Shown: positions 20,606 to 31,762, counted from the first letter of the stretch. The stretch is 64,000 bases of DNA from Candidatus Cloacimonadales bacterium (GCA_963662585.1 OY759729.1:1440001-1504000); one strand, 5' to 3'. Numbers and translations are program-made. Notes: generated by a model not told the origin, from the letters alone.

Positions 20606-21355
20606 TTAAATATCATTCAACAAGTATTTGATACTTTGGTTAATCCTCATTAATTCTTGATTAGCAAACTCTTCAGTTGCAGAATTTGCATCAAAAGGAT
20701 TATCGAAGAAGCCTTTAAAGCTTCTCTCTAAAACATCTATATAATTGAGTTTATCTTCTGGTGTATCAATAAATACAGGAGGATAAAGTTCATACATAAG
20801 AATCCAGTTTTTTACCATTCTAGCAGTTCGTCCATTCCCATCTACAAAAGGATGAATCCTGACAAATTCATGATGAAAATAGATTCCTTTAATTTGAGGC
20901 AGTTTTATTTGATTCATATTATAGATTACATTATCCATTAAGGAGTAAACTACAGATGGATCAGGAGGCATAAAATCTCCAAATTTAACATCTTTCTTCC
21001 TATAACCACTTGGGTTTTTAGCAAAGCTCTCTGGGTCAACAAAACCGTGCAGAGTTATAATATCAGTATGCCCATTAAATTGCTCTTCTCTTTTAATTTT
21101 ATCCAAGATATAATCATAGGCTTTTCCTAGATTCTTACAATATTTATCGGCTTCTTTCTTATTAATTGCCTCGTGCTGGGCATTTTTTAATTTAGTAATC
21201 TTCTCTAAACTTTGAAATGATTTAATTAGCTTTTTGAAGACATTCACTTTTTTCTTAGCAAAAAAGATATTACGATAAACAGCCATCATCAATTCACGAT
21301 TCTCTACTAGTAATTTTTTATCATACTTGAGTGTTTTAGGATCCATTACTTTCAT
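20606..21355 (-). CDS. Fic family protein
   Basis: Canonical HPFVDGNGRTAR. Confidence 0.92.
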   Translation of the reverse strand: MKVMDPKTLKYDKKLLVENRELMMAVYRNIFFAKKKVNVFKKLIKSFQSLEKITKLKNAQHEAINKKEADKYCKNLGKAYDYILDKIKREEQFNGHTDIITLHGFVDPESFAKNPSGYRKKDVKFGDFMPPDPSVVYSLMDNVIYNMNQIKLPQIKGIYFHHEFVRIHPFVDGNGRTARMVKNWILMYELYPPVFIDTPEDKLNYIDVLERSFKGFFDNPFDANSATEEFANQELMRINQSIKYLLNDI

Positions 21356-21358
21356 AAA

Positions 21359-22108
21359 TTAATCTCCCGAAAGAATAGTTGAGAGAAGTCCACCACCCCG
21401 CTTAACTTCACCTTGATTACCTCTAGCTGCTTTATTAATTCTATCAGCAATTCTTGAAAATGGTAATGATTGAAGATAAACTGTTCCAGGTCCTGTTAAA
21501 GTTGTTAAGAAGAGACCTTCTCCACCGAAAAGGGTGTTTTTAATTCCACCCACTAGCTGAATATCATAATCTACACCTTTTTCAAAACCTACTAAGCAAC
21601 CAGTATCAATTCTTATGCGCTCCATCGGACCTAATTCTCTTTTAATTATAGTTCCTCCAGCATGAATAAAAGCTAATCCATCACCAACTAATTTTTGTAG
21701 GATAAAACCTTCCCCACCGAATAAGCCTGCACCAAATCTTTTAACAAATTCTACACTAATATCTATACCATTTGCTGAACAGAGATAAGCATCTTTTTGA
21801 CAGTAAAATACTCCTCCAAATTTAGTTAAATCTATAGGCATAATTCTTCCTGGATAGGGAGCAGAAAACATAACTTTACGCTTGAAATTACTCTGATTTA
21901 AAAATGTTGTAATAAAGAAGCTCTCTCCAGAAATTAACCTTTTAAAACCACTAAACACTCCACCACCTGTTGTAGTATCCATCTGAATTCCTTGCTCCAT
22001 TAGTAGCATTGCTCCAACCTCTGCCCTTACACCTTCGTTTGGATCTAATTCTATTTCAACAGCTTGGAAATCATCTCCAAATATCTTATAATCAATTACA
22101 TCTGCCAT
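21359..22108 (-). CDS. TIGR00266/AIM24 family protein
   Basis: GESFF, CQKDAYL, GLFGGEGF.LQ, DTGCLVG, GPG.VYLQSLP. Confidence 0.9.
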   Translation of the reverse strand: MADVIDYKIFGDDFQAVEIELDPNEGVRAEVGAMLLMEQGIQMDTTTGGGVFSGFKRLISGESFFITTFLNQSNFKRKVMFSAPYPGRIMPIDLTKFGGVFYCQKDAYLCSANGIDISVEFVKRFGAGLFGGEGFILQKLVGDGLAFIHAGGTIIKRELGPMERIRIDTGCLVGFEKGVDYDIQLVGGIKNTLFGGEGLFLTTLTGPGTVYLQSLPFSRIADRINKAARGNQGEVKRGGGLLSTILSGD

Positions 22109-22120
22109 AATAAACTCCTC

Positions 22121-22699
22121 TTAAACTATTATTAAGAAAAGAATCTGATTTAGAATTCCTGCTAGTAAGAAAATAAATAAATTAAAATACATTAAGAATC
22201 TGTGACAGTATTGATTATAATAACTCTCTATCACAACTAAATCAATCTTTTCATCTATTATATCAATTTTATTATTAATTTTGTAGTATTCATAAAGATA
22301 GGGAATAAAAGTTCTTAAAAAACGAGAAGATAAATCCTTAACAATAAATGCTAAAGCATGTCTAATCCAATCAGCTACACTTGTTGGCATAAAACGAATA
22401 TTATCTATAAATTCTGTAGCATCGAAAACTTTATGATAGACCTTTTTCTCCCAATTATAAATGTATCCTTGATGTGATTCAAAATCATCGACTTGTTCAA
22501 AATACTCTTTAACTGCATTGCGAACTTTATTCAAAAGGAAGTTCTTTAATTTTGGAATAACTCCAGGAGTTAGGATATTTCTCTTCTTAAAAATATACTT
22601 CTGCTTCTTATTGAATAACAGCCATCTAATCAGCCAAATTATTGATGCTCCAAAGAGCAAATTTAAAGGCAAAAAAATCATAGATAGAAGAAAATTCAT
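22121..22699 (-). CDS. Hypothetical membrane protein
   Basis: Terminal TM segments, TPGVIPK motif, GGAG RBS. Confidence 0.7.
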   Translation of the reverse strand: MNFLLSMIFLPLNLLFGASIIWLIRWLLFNKKQKYIFKKRNILTPGVIPKLKNFLLNKVRNAVKEYFEQVDDFESHQGYIYNWEKKVYHKVFDATEFIDNIRFMPTSVADWIRHALAFIVKDLSSRFLRTFIPYLYEYYKINNKIDIIDEKIDLVVIESYYNQYCHRFLMYFNLFIFLLAGILNQILFLIIV

Positions 22700-22923
22700 A
22701 TCTTATGCTCCTTTTTTACTTTTCATTCTCATTTTTATAAGTTAGTGAAGGTAATTTTGATTTCAACCCACTATTGAACTTTGATATAATAACTTATATG
22801 TATCTATAGGCTATTCACAATTTATTTATTCACTTTTATTATATGATAAATATCTTGTCAATTATATTTGTATATTAATAGGTTAAAGTAAACAATTTGA
22901 TTACTACAGAGAATATTTTGGGC

Positions 22924-22949
22924 AAAAAAAATAGGGGCATAGCCCCTAT
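22924..22949 (-). terminator. Rho-independent terminator
   Basis: ATAGGGGC-TAT-GCCCCTAT then T-run on minus strand. Confidence 0.8.
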
Positions 22950-23148
22950 AAGTGCAGTCCACAGTAACTGCAAAAAAACCTGTTAAACAGCTTACAATTA
23001 TGGAAAATATAGAGGCTGGATGATTAAATCATATATTTCTCTATAGATAAGTCAACAACTAAAGTAGATAATTTTATTGTCAAGAAAAATATTATAATCT
23101 TTTAATAACACTAAATTAAGGAGTTATATAAAGTTACAATATCCATCA

Positions 23149-24432
23149 TTAAAAGTACTTCCAGACAATGAAGATAGTAGAGAAAACAAGATTAATAAAG
23201 GTAATAATTGCTCCATATTTAGTAAAAGTGAGAAAGGAAATCGGATAATTACTTTTTTTACTTATTCCAACAGAAATTACATTAGCTGAAGCTCCGATAA
23301 GAGTACCATTACCTCCAAAACATGCCCCAAGCGAGAGTGCCCACCATAAAGGCATTACATTTTCTGTTCCTGCACTGAGTCCAATATTCTTAATCATAGG
23401 AATCATCGTGGCAACAAAAGGTATGTTATCTATGAAGGCAGAAGCAATACCAGCAGTCCACACCATACTAAGGGCTGTAGCTTTAAGGCTTCCTTGAGTT
23501 ATGTGCATTATTTTATCAGACAATAATTCAATAACTTTTACTTCCTCTAATGCCCCTACCATAACGAATAATCCAATGAAAAACAGGATAGTACCCCACT
23601 CAATTTCATTATTAAGGAAGTGGTCAATATTTACTTTTCTAGCTCTAATCATTAGTGCCGTAGCAGCAAAAAGAGCAATTGTGGCTGCGTGAAGATGTAA
23701 AGCTTCTTGAAAGAAAAGAAGACAAATAAAGATAATGAAAACAACTACAGAATATTGCAATAATCCTTTATCAGTAATAAGATGTTTTTCTTGAAACTCC
23801 ATAATTCTAGCTCTTCTTTCATTAGAGACTACTAATTGCTTTCTAAAAAAGAGGTATATCACTACTGCGCTTACTAGCATATTAAAAAAAACAAAGAGGG
23901 CTAGGTTTTCAATAAAGCCCATAAAACTAATACCTGCAGCACTACCAATCATAACATTAGGAGGATCACCAATAAGAGTAGCTGTTCCACCAATATTTGA
24001 TGCTATCGCTTGAGTTATTACAAAGGGAATAGGCGATATTCCCATTTCAACAGCGATTAAAATAGAAATCGGGGTAATAATAACGACAGTCGTAACATTA
24101 TCTAAGAGAGCAGAAAAGATACCAGTTATGAAAAAGAGCATCAAAAGAATCTTTTTGGGATTCCCTTTTGCTTTCTTAGCTAAAAAGATAGCAACATATT
24201 CAAAAAGTCCAGTACCCTTAATTATCCCCACCATAATCATCATCCCAATTAAAAGGAAAATAACATTCCAATCTATATAATGAGAAAATGCTAAATTCTG
24301 AGAAATAAAGCCAAAAGAAATATAGGTTACAGCCCCAGCAAGAGCCACCACGATTTTGTTGATTTTTTCAGTAGCAATAAAGAAATAACAAGCTGTAAAT
24401 ATAGCAATAGCTATGATCATTTGTTTATCCAT
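23149..24432 (-). CDS. ArsB/NhaD (ion transporter superfamily) transporter
   Basis: LDNVTT, ASNIGG.ATLIGDPPN, IDNIP, GGNGTLIGASAN. Confidence 0.9.
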   Translation of the reverse strand: MDKQMIIAIAIFTACYFFIATEKINKIVVALAGAVTYISFGFISQNLAFSHYIDWNVIFLLIGMMIMVGIIKGTGLFEYVAIFLAKKAKGNPKKILLMLFFITGIFSALLDNVTTVVIITPISILIAVEMGISPIPFVITQAIASNIGGTATLIGDPPNVMIGSAAGISFMGFIENLALFVFFNMLVSAVVIYLFFRKQLVVSNERRARIMEFQEKHLITDKGLLQYSVVVFIIFICLLFFQEALHLHAATIALFAATALMIRARKVNIDHFLNNEIEWGTILFFIGLFVMVGALEEVKVIELLSDKIMHITQGSLKATALSMVWTAGIASAFIDNIPFVATMIPMIKNIGLSAGTENVMPLWWALSLGACFGGNGTLIGASANVISVGISKKSNYPISFLTFTKYGAIITFINLVFSTIFIVWKYF

Positions 24433-24436
24433 TAAC

Positions 24437-25342
24437 TTATCCCTTGATAACTTTTCTAAAGATATTTTTTAAGCTAATGATGCCTACAATTTTTCCCTCA
24501 GACACAACAGGTATGTCTCTTCTATCATGCTTATTCATTAAAAATATTGCTTCAAATATGGATGTTTCAGGAGTAAGAAAAAGCTTTACCGGTTGCATTA
24601 TGCTTGCAATAGTTTCATCTTCCATCTTTACTAATTTCTCAAAAGGTTCAAATGCTTTAAGAAAATTTAGATTAGGCAGAAATTTAGTATAATCAGGGAA
24701 TCCCAACATTAAATAGTTACGAAGTGTTATTTCTCCAACAAATTTTCCCAACATATCTAGAACAGGTAAATAGCTAATATCATGCTCGTAAAAAAGATTA
24801 CTGAGATCCCTAACAGTACTTTTAACCCCAATAGATATTACCCTTGTTTCCATTAAATCTGTTACTGTAATAGATTCCTTAACCGAGAAATCACCTTTAC
24901 TTAAAAACTCAATAAACTCTGAAACATACCTTTTACTAAGTAGTTTCTCAAAAAAAGAAGTATCTTTTGATAATTTAATTGTTGATTGAAGAATCTTAAG
25001 ATAAAGAGAATTATCCTTGGTCCCATTTATTACCATGAAGAATATTTTAATTATCCCATGCTCTGTTTCTATAGGTTTTTCTGGAACTAAAATTGAAATA
25101 ACAGTATCATCAAAATCTTTTAAATGAAGGTGAGGTAAGGCCACTCCTGTAGGAAATAATATCCCTTCATCTAATCTTCTTTCTAATAAACGCTGATTTA
25201 TATCTTCTTCACTTGCACTTAAACCATATCTACTGGCTATTCTGTGCACCATAAACTCAAAAATGGACTCCACGGCTTGTAAATCACTTTGTAAAAAAAC
25301 TAATTCTGAATCAATTAAACTTGATAAATGCATTGCTTGCAT
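24437..25342 (-). CDS. PTS EIIA(Ntr/Fru)-like domain fused to a CBS pair
   Basis: GVALPH phospho-His motif; two C-terminal CBS motifs. Confidence 0.8.
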   Translation of the reverse strand: MQAMHLSSLIDSELVFLQSDLQAVESIFEFMVHRIASRYGLSASEEDINQRLLERRLDEGILFPTGVALPHLHLKDFDDTVISILVPEKPIETEHGIIKIFFMVINGTKDNSLYLKILQSTIKLSKDTSFFEKLLSKRYVSEFIEFLSKGDFSVKESITVTDLMETRVISIGVKSTVRDLSNLFYEHDISYLPVLDMLGKFVGEITLRNYLMLGFPDYTKFLPNLNFLKAFEPFEKLVKMEDETIASIMQPVKLFLTPETSIFEAIFLMNKHDRRDIPVVSEGKIVGIISLKNIFRKVIKG

Positions 25343-25630
25343 AGAAACTCCTTATTATAAAAAGTTATGCTCAGTATTATATTGTTACTTTCATGTCAAT
25401 AGATATTTTAGCAGAAAAGTAACTCCAGTTAGAGATTTTTGGTTAAAATAAAAAACATTTATGTCTATAGCTCTGTAACTAGAGACTAGACAAGTACGAA
25501 AAAAAATGAAATACACAAGAATGTAAAAGTATTTTAAATTATTTTACAATCTAAAACAGTCAAATTATAAAAATTCTTGACAGAATTCTTATCAATTCTC
25601 TCATAATAAAAAAAAAGATAAGGCTCATCA

Positions 25631-26542
25631 ATGAAAAATTCTGATATAAATAAATTTAATAATAAAGTAATTCAAGGTGATTGTTTAGAAGTTATGAAAT
25701 CAATACCTAACAATAGTATAGATATGGTTTTATGTGATTTACCTTACGGGACAACACAAAACAAGTGGGATTCAGTAATTAACTTACAAGAGTTATGGAT
25801 GCAATATAACAGAATAGTCAAAGAGGATGGAGCAATAGTATTAACTGCTCAAGGTATTTTTACCGCTAAATTAATATTAAGTAATGAGAAAGATTTTAAA
25901 TATAAAATTGTCTGGATAAAATCAAAAGCTACTAATTTCTTAAATGCTAAAATTCAACCCTTAAGGAAACATGAGGATATTTGTATTTTTTATAAAAAAC
26001 AACCGACCTATAATCCACAAATGAGCATGTCTAATGCCTATGATAAAGGAGTCAGAAAAGACCAATATACAGGAAGTTATGGTGATTTTAAACCGAGACA
26101 CATCAAAAGTAATGGTGAAAGATATCCTACAGATATCATTAATATCTATGATGAGTTCTTACATGATGATTTTATATATTGCAAAACTGCAGAATCTGAA
26201 GGTAAAGTTTTTCATCCAACCCAAAAACCTGTTGAATTAGGAAGATACCTGATTAAAACATTCACAAACCCTGGTGACATAGTTTTAGATAACGCTTGTG
26301 GAAGCGGAAGTTTTTTAATTGCAGCTATGATAGAAGGGAGAAACTTTATAGGAATTGAAAAAAATGAAGATGTATTATTGCATAAAATAAAAAAAACAGA
26401 CTATATCAAAGTTTGTACTGACAGAATCGAAGCAACTTTAAGAAATAATCAATACGAGCAGATGAATATAAACTTTTTCTCTGAACCTGTATCAAAATAT
26501 CATGTTATTAGAAAAAAAACAGTGAGGCTGAGTTTTGAGTAG
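25631..26542 (+). CDS. N6-A/N4-C DNA methyltransferase, beta class
   Basis: DLPY before HPTQKP and VLDNACGSG. Confidence 0.92.
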   Translation: MKNSDINKFNNKVIQGDCLEVMKSIPNNSIDMVLCDLPYGTTQNKWDSVINLQELWMQYNRIVKEDGAIVLTAQGIFTAKLILSNEKDFKYKIVWIKSKATNFLNAKIQPLRKHEDICIFYKKQPTYNPQMSMSNAYDKGVRKDQYTGSYGDFKPRHIKSNGERYPTDIINIYDEFLHDDFIYCKTAESEGKVFHPTQKPVELGRYLIKTFTNPGDIVLDNACGSGSFLIAAMIEGRNFIGIEKNEDVLLHKIKKTDYIKVCTDRIEATLRNNQYEQMNINFFSEPVSKYHVIRKKTVRLSFE

Positions 26543-29282
26543 ATTAAATATAAATGAAAGAAGTTGGGCAATTGAAGTAATCATTGAAATAAATAGATAT
26601 TTAAATAATAAAACTTGGATTATTTCCACTGCTGGAGGTGAAAATTCCCTTAGATTTGATAAAAGGACGCTATTCCCAGATTTATTACTATTTAAAGACA
26701 AGAATAAAAGCTGTATTCTACATGGCTGGGAATTAAAAATGCCCGATACACCTATTGATGATAATGAGTTTATATCTAATGCTAAGCTTAAAGCTAATAT
26801 TTTAGGTAGAAATAGCTTTCTTCTATGGAATGTTACATCGGCTCAACTATATGTTAAAGATAATGATGATTTCGAAGTTAAAAAAACTTGGGAACTAAAC
26901 GAAATAAAATCAAGAAATGATGTAAAAACTAAAGAATTGCTTTGGAAGCAACTTTTGCATAGCATTATTGAATATTTAAATTCATTTTTTTTATCAAGTA
27001 ATAGTAGTAAGCAAACTGATCATTTCATGTCAGTTGATAAAGTATTCGATATAGTATTAACCAATGCTACAGAAACAAAACTAAACCTGAAACAAAATAT
27101 CAGCAAAAATAATATTTTGGAAGCTGAAATAGACAACTGGTGGAGAAATACTGCTACAGAACATGGATGTAAATTCGCTGATGTTGAAGATAAATTAAAC
27201 TCCTTAAGTAAAATTATTCTTACAGATTGGGTAATAAAAATCATATTCGCGAATATGATTAAAAGAAATCACAACCATGCGTTATTGATTGAGAGTATTA
27301 ATGACTCAACAGATATTAATGAAGCTCTCCAAATTATTGTGAATATTTCTAAGAAGTGTAACTTTTGGAATATTTTTAAACCTCATTTTGCCCAATTACT
27401 TATTGATGATAAATCATGGAATAAATTAAAACAATTAAATTCATTTCTAAATTCAATTAATATTATAGATGTCGATTCAACTGTAATACAATCGTTGTTA
27501 GAAGAGTCAATTCAAGTTAGTAAAAGGAAGATTTTAGGTCAATTTACTACCCCAAAAAAACTTGCAGAGCTGTTAGTAAGAATTACCATGACTGATAAAA
27601 ATTTAACTGTGATGGACCCTTGTTGTGGAACAGGAACTATTGTTAAAGAAATCATGAATATAAAAAGAGAATATAATATTAATGAAAAAAAGATAATTAC
27701 CAATACTTGGGCTTCAGATAAATATTCTTTTCCGCTTCAACTAAGCACATTATCCTTGACTAATCTTGAACATTATGGTCATGTTTTAAATATTCATAAT
27801 TCCGATGTTTTTGAGCTTAAAATTGACAGCCCTATTGATTTTAGAAATCCATATAATGGCGAAATAATTAGCAAATCTTTACCTGAAATTGATTATATTA
27901 TTTCAAATTTACCTTTTATTGATAATAGTAACTTAAACAGTTATAGAAATAGCATATCTAATATTGAAAAAAAAATTTCTGAAGCTTTAAAAAAGACAAC
28001 AACTTTTAATAGAAGGTCTGATTTGTTTGTTTATATAACATTTTATCTTCATAGCATTTTATCTAGTAATGGAAGAATTGGACTAATCCTGTCTAACGCA
28101 TGGTTAGGCACAGAATATGGAAAACAATTTGTAGAGATATTACAACAATTCTACACATTAAACTATATCATTATTTCTGGAAATAAGAAATGGTTCAATA
28201 ATGCTAATGTTATAACATGTATATTAATAGCAACCAAAAAAGATACTATAATAAATACCACCGAATCAGAAGAACTTAGCTTTTGTATTTTAACAAAACC
28301 GATTAATGATTATAATGACATAAAATCTATTTCAGAAAAGATCTTAATGAAAGTATCTTCTGATAATGTTAGGATAATCAATAGAAAAAATGAATCTATT
28401 AACAAATTAGAGGAAATTGGCTTTTCATGGTCAAGTTTATTTGTTGATTTGAATTGGTACAATGAATTGAGCAAGACCATGATCAATGCTAATGAGATAT
28501 TTGATATTTTCAGAGGAGAAAGACGTGGCTGGAATAAGCTATTTTATCCTTCAAGTGATTCAACTATAGAAAAAGAGAATTTGATGCCTTTAGTAAAGAA
28601 TTTTAAAAATACAAAAGGTTTAACATGTATTCCTAATAAAACAGCATTTTGTTGTAACTTATCGATTGATGAACTAAAAAAACAAAACTCTACCCATACA
28701 CTTGCATGGATTAATAGATTTTATAACTTAACCAATAACAGTAATCAACTTCTCCGAGACGTCCTAAAAACTCCGACCTTAAAATGGTATCAAATGGACC
28801 CAGATAATTCTGCTGATTATGCCTGCAATATTAATTTTGCTGACAGCCTATTCATAGCTTATTTACCCAAGAAATCAATAATAGATCAAAGGATGATTGG
28901 TTTTTCTCTAAAACAAAGCACATCTTTTAAAAATAAGATACTGTTATTAGCCTTGTTAAACTCAACTATTAGTATGTTTTTCATTGAGAGTTCCGGATTT
29001 GGCAGAGGTTTAGGAGCTTTAGATTTAAATTCAACTAAAATAAGGGAAAATTTTAAATTATTAAATCCATATTTATTAACAGACAAAGCTAAAAGTAGTA
29101 TAATTAAATCATTTACCCCTTTGCTTAATAGAAATCGGAAACCATTGGTTGAAGAACTAGCCTCACCAGATAGGAAGCATTTTGAAAAAAGTATAATTAA
29201 AGCTTTTAATATAAATGAATCTTCATTTAATTCTATCGAGCAGTCATTACGAGATTTATATGCAATTAGAAATGTTAATTAG
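26535..29282 (+). CDS. Type IIG-like restriction-modification enzyme (nuclease + gamma-class N6 MTase + TRD)
   Basis: FPDLLLF...WELK PD-(D/E)xK; GQFTTP, DPCCGTG, NLPF; C-terminal LLNS...GRGLG.GAL; TTG start overlapping MTase gene. Confidence 0.8.
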   Translation: MSRLNINERSWAIEVIIEINRYLNNKTWIISTAGGENSLRFDKRTLFPDLLLFKDKNKSCILHGWELKMPDTPIDDNEFISNAKLKANILGRNSFLLWNVTSAQLYVKDNDDFEVKKTWELNEIKSRNDVKTKELLWKQLLHSIIEYLNSFFLSSNSSKQTDHFMSVDKVFDIVLTNATETKLNLKQNISKNNILEAEIDNWWRNTATEHGCKFADVEDKLNSLSKIILTDWVIKIIFANMIKRNHNHALLIESINDSTDINEALQIIVNISKKCNFWNIFKPHFAQLLIDDKSWNKLKQLNSFLNSINIIDVDSTVIQSLLEESIQVSKRKILGQFTTPKKLAELLVRITMTDKNLTVMDPCCGTGTIVKEIMNIKREYNINEKKIITNTWASDKYSFPLQLSTLSLTNLEHYGHVLNIHNSDVFELKIDSPIDFRNPYNGEIISKSLPEIDYIISNLPFIDNSNLNSYRNSISNIEKKISEALKKTTTFNRRSDLFVYITFYLHSILSSNGRIGLILSNAWLGTEYGKQFVEILQQFYTLNYIIISGNKKWFNNANVITCILIATKKDTIINTTESEELSFCILTKPINDYNDIKSISEKILMKVSSDNVRIINRKNESINKLEEIGFSWSSLFVDLNWYNELSKTMINANEIFDIFRGERRGWNKLFYPSSDSTIEKENLMPLVKNFKNTKGLTCIPNKTAFCCNLSIDELKKQNSTHTLAWINRFYNLTNNSNQLLRDVLKTPTLKWYQMDPDNSADYACNINFADSLFIAYLPKKSIIDQRMIGFSLKQSTSFKNKILLLALLNSTISMFFIESSGFGRGLGALDLNSTKIRENFKLLNPYLLTDKAKSSIIKSFTPLLNRNRKPLVEELASPDRKHFEKSIIKAFNINESSFNSIEQSLRDLYAIRNVN

Positions 29283-29401
29283 TAACAATTAATTAATGTT
29301 CAATTTTGAGATAAATATATGAATAAGTGGCTTACAAAATATCCCAAAGATAGACTAAATGATAACCCCCTACAAGATTCACATACGCAAAGCATATTAC
29401 C

Positions 29402-31669
29402 CTATTTCATCAAAATCATTTTCTTCACTATTTCTTCTCCTCCACTTTTTACCTTATAAAAATAATTTCCTGAGCTAACTTGTTTACCATCTTCATTATC
29501 ACCTTGCCAAATAATCTTATGCGCACCTGCTTCTTGAGTCTCATTAAGCAAGCTTTTAACTTTCTGACCTTTGAGGTTATAAATATCAACAGATACATTT
29601 CCTTGTTGCGAAATATCATAGGAGATGGTTGTTTGAGGATTAAAAGGATTAGGGTAATTAGTTGCATTGAGAGTGACTGGAGTTATTTCTAGGTCGCCGT
29701 TAGGGGTAGCTTGGCAGGAGTAAACATCGACTCCTCGAGGAGAACAGAGGAAAACTGTAAACTGATCTGGTCCTTGGGGTAGGATTTCGAAATCCCAAGT
29801 TTGACGATGGTTATAAATATCTCCAACTCTAATAAATTCATCTCCAACTTTCTTGTAAATGTTAAAGTAACTCATATTTTCATAGAAGCAGTACTGACTT
29901 CCATTGACACTATCACTACCAGTATAAAAATAATAATCATCATATCTTCCCACCAAACTGTTAATAAGATATGGATTTAAGTCAATTTCTGCTGTAAAAT
30001 TTACTGGATCAACATCTAGATCATAGATTTTTGATATTCCATCACCACTCGAGCTCCCTATTGTAAGCAGACCATCCTTGATCCCCCAATAATTAACAAA
30101 GGAGTTGTTATTATTCGTCCAAAAAGTCGTATTTACTAAATCTAAACTATCCTCTTCTTTAGAATATACTTCAAGCAAACCAGAATATGAAAGTCTATAA
30201 AAATAGCTATTATAATAGAACCATCTATTACTGACAACTGGTTCATCTACTCCGTCTGTTAAGACATCATGAAATATTCCATCTTCATAACTGACCCAGT
30301 ATATATTTTCCCCAAAAGTATATACCAAGTCTTGTCCATTCCACAGATTGATAGCTAGGTAGTTTTGCCGATCTTTAAGGAAATCTGACAACTGATATGT
30401 ATCAATATAGTTGAAATTATTGTCTGAAAAGCTATAAAGTTCAAAAGCACCTTCGATAAAATTCCTTTTTACTACAAAATGATTGTTATCTTCGTCGAAC
30501 CAAAAATAGGTTCCTAGCGAGTCTTCAGTTTCAATTTTAGTAATATTATCTATGTTACTTATATCGAATAGATTATTACAACCTATTACATTCAAATAAT
30601 TCACATAAAGCTTATTGTTAAATCTGTTACTAATAGATGCCCCTCTACTATATTTTAAAATAGCATAATCAGTTAAAAAATTATTAAAATTAGTGTAAAT
30701 TACACCAAAATTATTAATTACCAATAAAAAATTATCGTTCCACTGGATAATATCAAAAATTCTAAAAGTTTTATATTGACCAAGCTCAGGAAAGAATTCA
30801 TAGTTACCTATTTCAATAATATTATCAATATCGCTAATATCATAATAAGTTAAATACTGGCTATAAGGAGCAATCTCATTGAATGATGGTGCGATCAGAG
30901 TATTATCGAAAACAAAGAGCCCTGGCAATTCCAATTCAGCTGGATGTTCCATAGCAAAAGTTCTTTCAAAAGTAAGGGAATCAGCAATAGAGTAAAAATC
31001 AATGAATTGTTGATAGCAATATAATAGTTTTTCATCTTGGATAATTGGTCTTCCAAAATTAGATCCTAAGCTTTTTTCTCTAACCAAATGCCCGTCACTA
31101 TCTAAATAACATAAGTAAAAATTTTCTTCATTCTGTGAATCAATCGTAAAATAATCCGAGTCTTCAATATTATGTGTTAATGAAAAATTTTGGTATGTAT
31201 TGAGTAATTCTAATGTGTCTAAGCTATATACCTGCACTTGATTCTGAAATCCTAAAATTATAGCATTCTCCTTTAAAAATACCTTATAAAGATTAGTATA
31301 TATCTGATGAATTAATTGAGGTTCTTCAATATTGCTTATATCATAGATATTTACAACATCATTGTGAAAAGAATCTTCCTCTGTATTTGTCAGAACTATA
31401 GCCATCATATCTCCATATAGATCAGCGTTAAATACCATTGGAAAATCGTAAGAAGCTACTTCTGTTAAATCATCTTCAGTTGTTTCATAAATAGAGACTC
31501 CATAACTGTCAATTAACAGAACTCTATTACCATTTTTCACCACATTATTTCCTAGAATAGGAGCTGAGTAGCCATCATACAACATATCAATATGCTGAAA
31601 ATCAAGCTCGCAATACAAACTATTTAATGAGATTAACATTAAAATAATCACATATCTATATCTTTTCAT
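29402..31669 (-). CDS. Secreted propeller-like protein with T9SS-type CTD (paralogue 1)
   Basis: Signal peptide, repeated IYDISN/YYDISD motifs, NYPNPFNP CTD. Confidence 0.85.
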   Translation of the reverse strand: MKRYRYVIILMLISLNSLYCELDFQHIDMLYDGYSAPILGNNVVKNGNRVLLIDSYGVSIYETTEDDLTEVASYDFPMVFNADLYGDMMAIVLTNTEEDSFHNDVVNIYDISNIEEPQLIHQIYTNLYKVFLKENAIILGFQNQVQVYSLDTLELLNTYQNFSLTHNIEDSDYFTIDSQNEENFYLCYLDSDGHLVREKSLGSNFGRPIIQDEKLLYCYQQFIDFYSIADSLTFERTFAMEHPAELELPGLFVFDNTLIAPSFNEIAPYSQYLTYYDISDIDNIIEIGNYEFFPELGQYKTFRIFDIIQWNDNFLLVINNFGVIYTNFNNFLTDYAILKYSRGASISNRFNNKLYVNYLNVIGCNNLFDISNIDNITKIETEDSLGTYFWFDEDNNHFVVKRNFIEGAFELYSFSDNNFNYIDTYQLSDFLKDRQNYLAINLWNGQDLVYTFGENIYWVSYEDGIFHDVLTDGVDEPVVSNRWFYYNSYFYRLSYSGLLEVYSKEEDSLDLVNTTFWTNNNNSFVNYWGIKDGLLTIGSSSGDGISKIYDLDVDPVNFTAEIDLNPYLINSLVGRYDDYYFYTGSDSVNGSQYCFYENMSYFNIYKKVGDEFIRVGDIYNHRQTWDFEILPQGPDQFTVFLCSPRGVDVYSCQATPNGDLEITPVTLNATNYPNPFNPQTTISYDISQQGNVSVDIYNLKGQKVKSLLNETQEAGAHKIIWQGDNEDGKQVSSGNYFYKVKSGGEEIVKKMILMK

Positions 31670-31723
31670 TTATTTCTCCTTTTGAACGATTGGGTAGAGG
31701 ACCCTACCCAATCATTAAACTTC

Positions 31724-31762
31724 TTATAAATTTCCTGGATCTTGCGGCGTATTGTCATATAA
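31724..31762 (-). pseudogene. 3' remnant of a small DPG-tailed protein gene
   Basis: Reads LYDNTPQDPGNL*, just before the hairpin and RBS of paralogue 1, the same position as the intact small genes. Confidence 0.55.
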
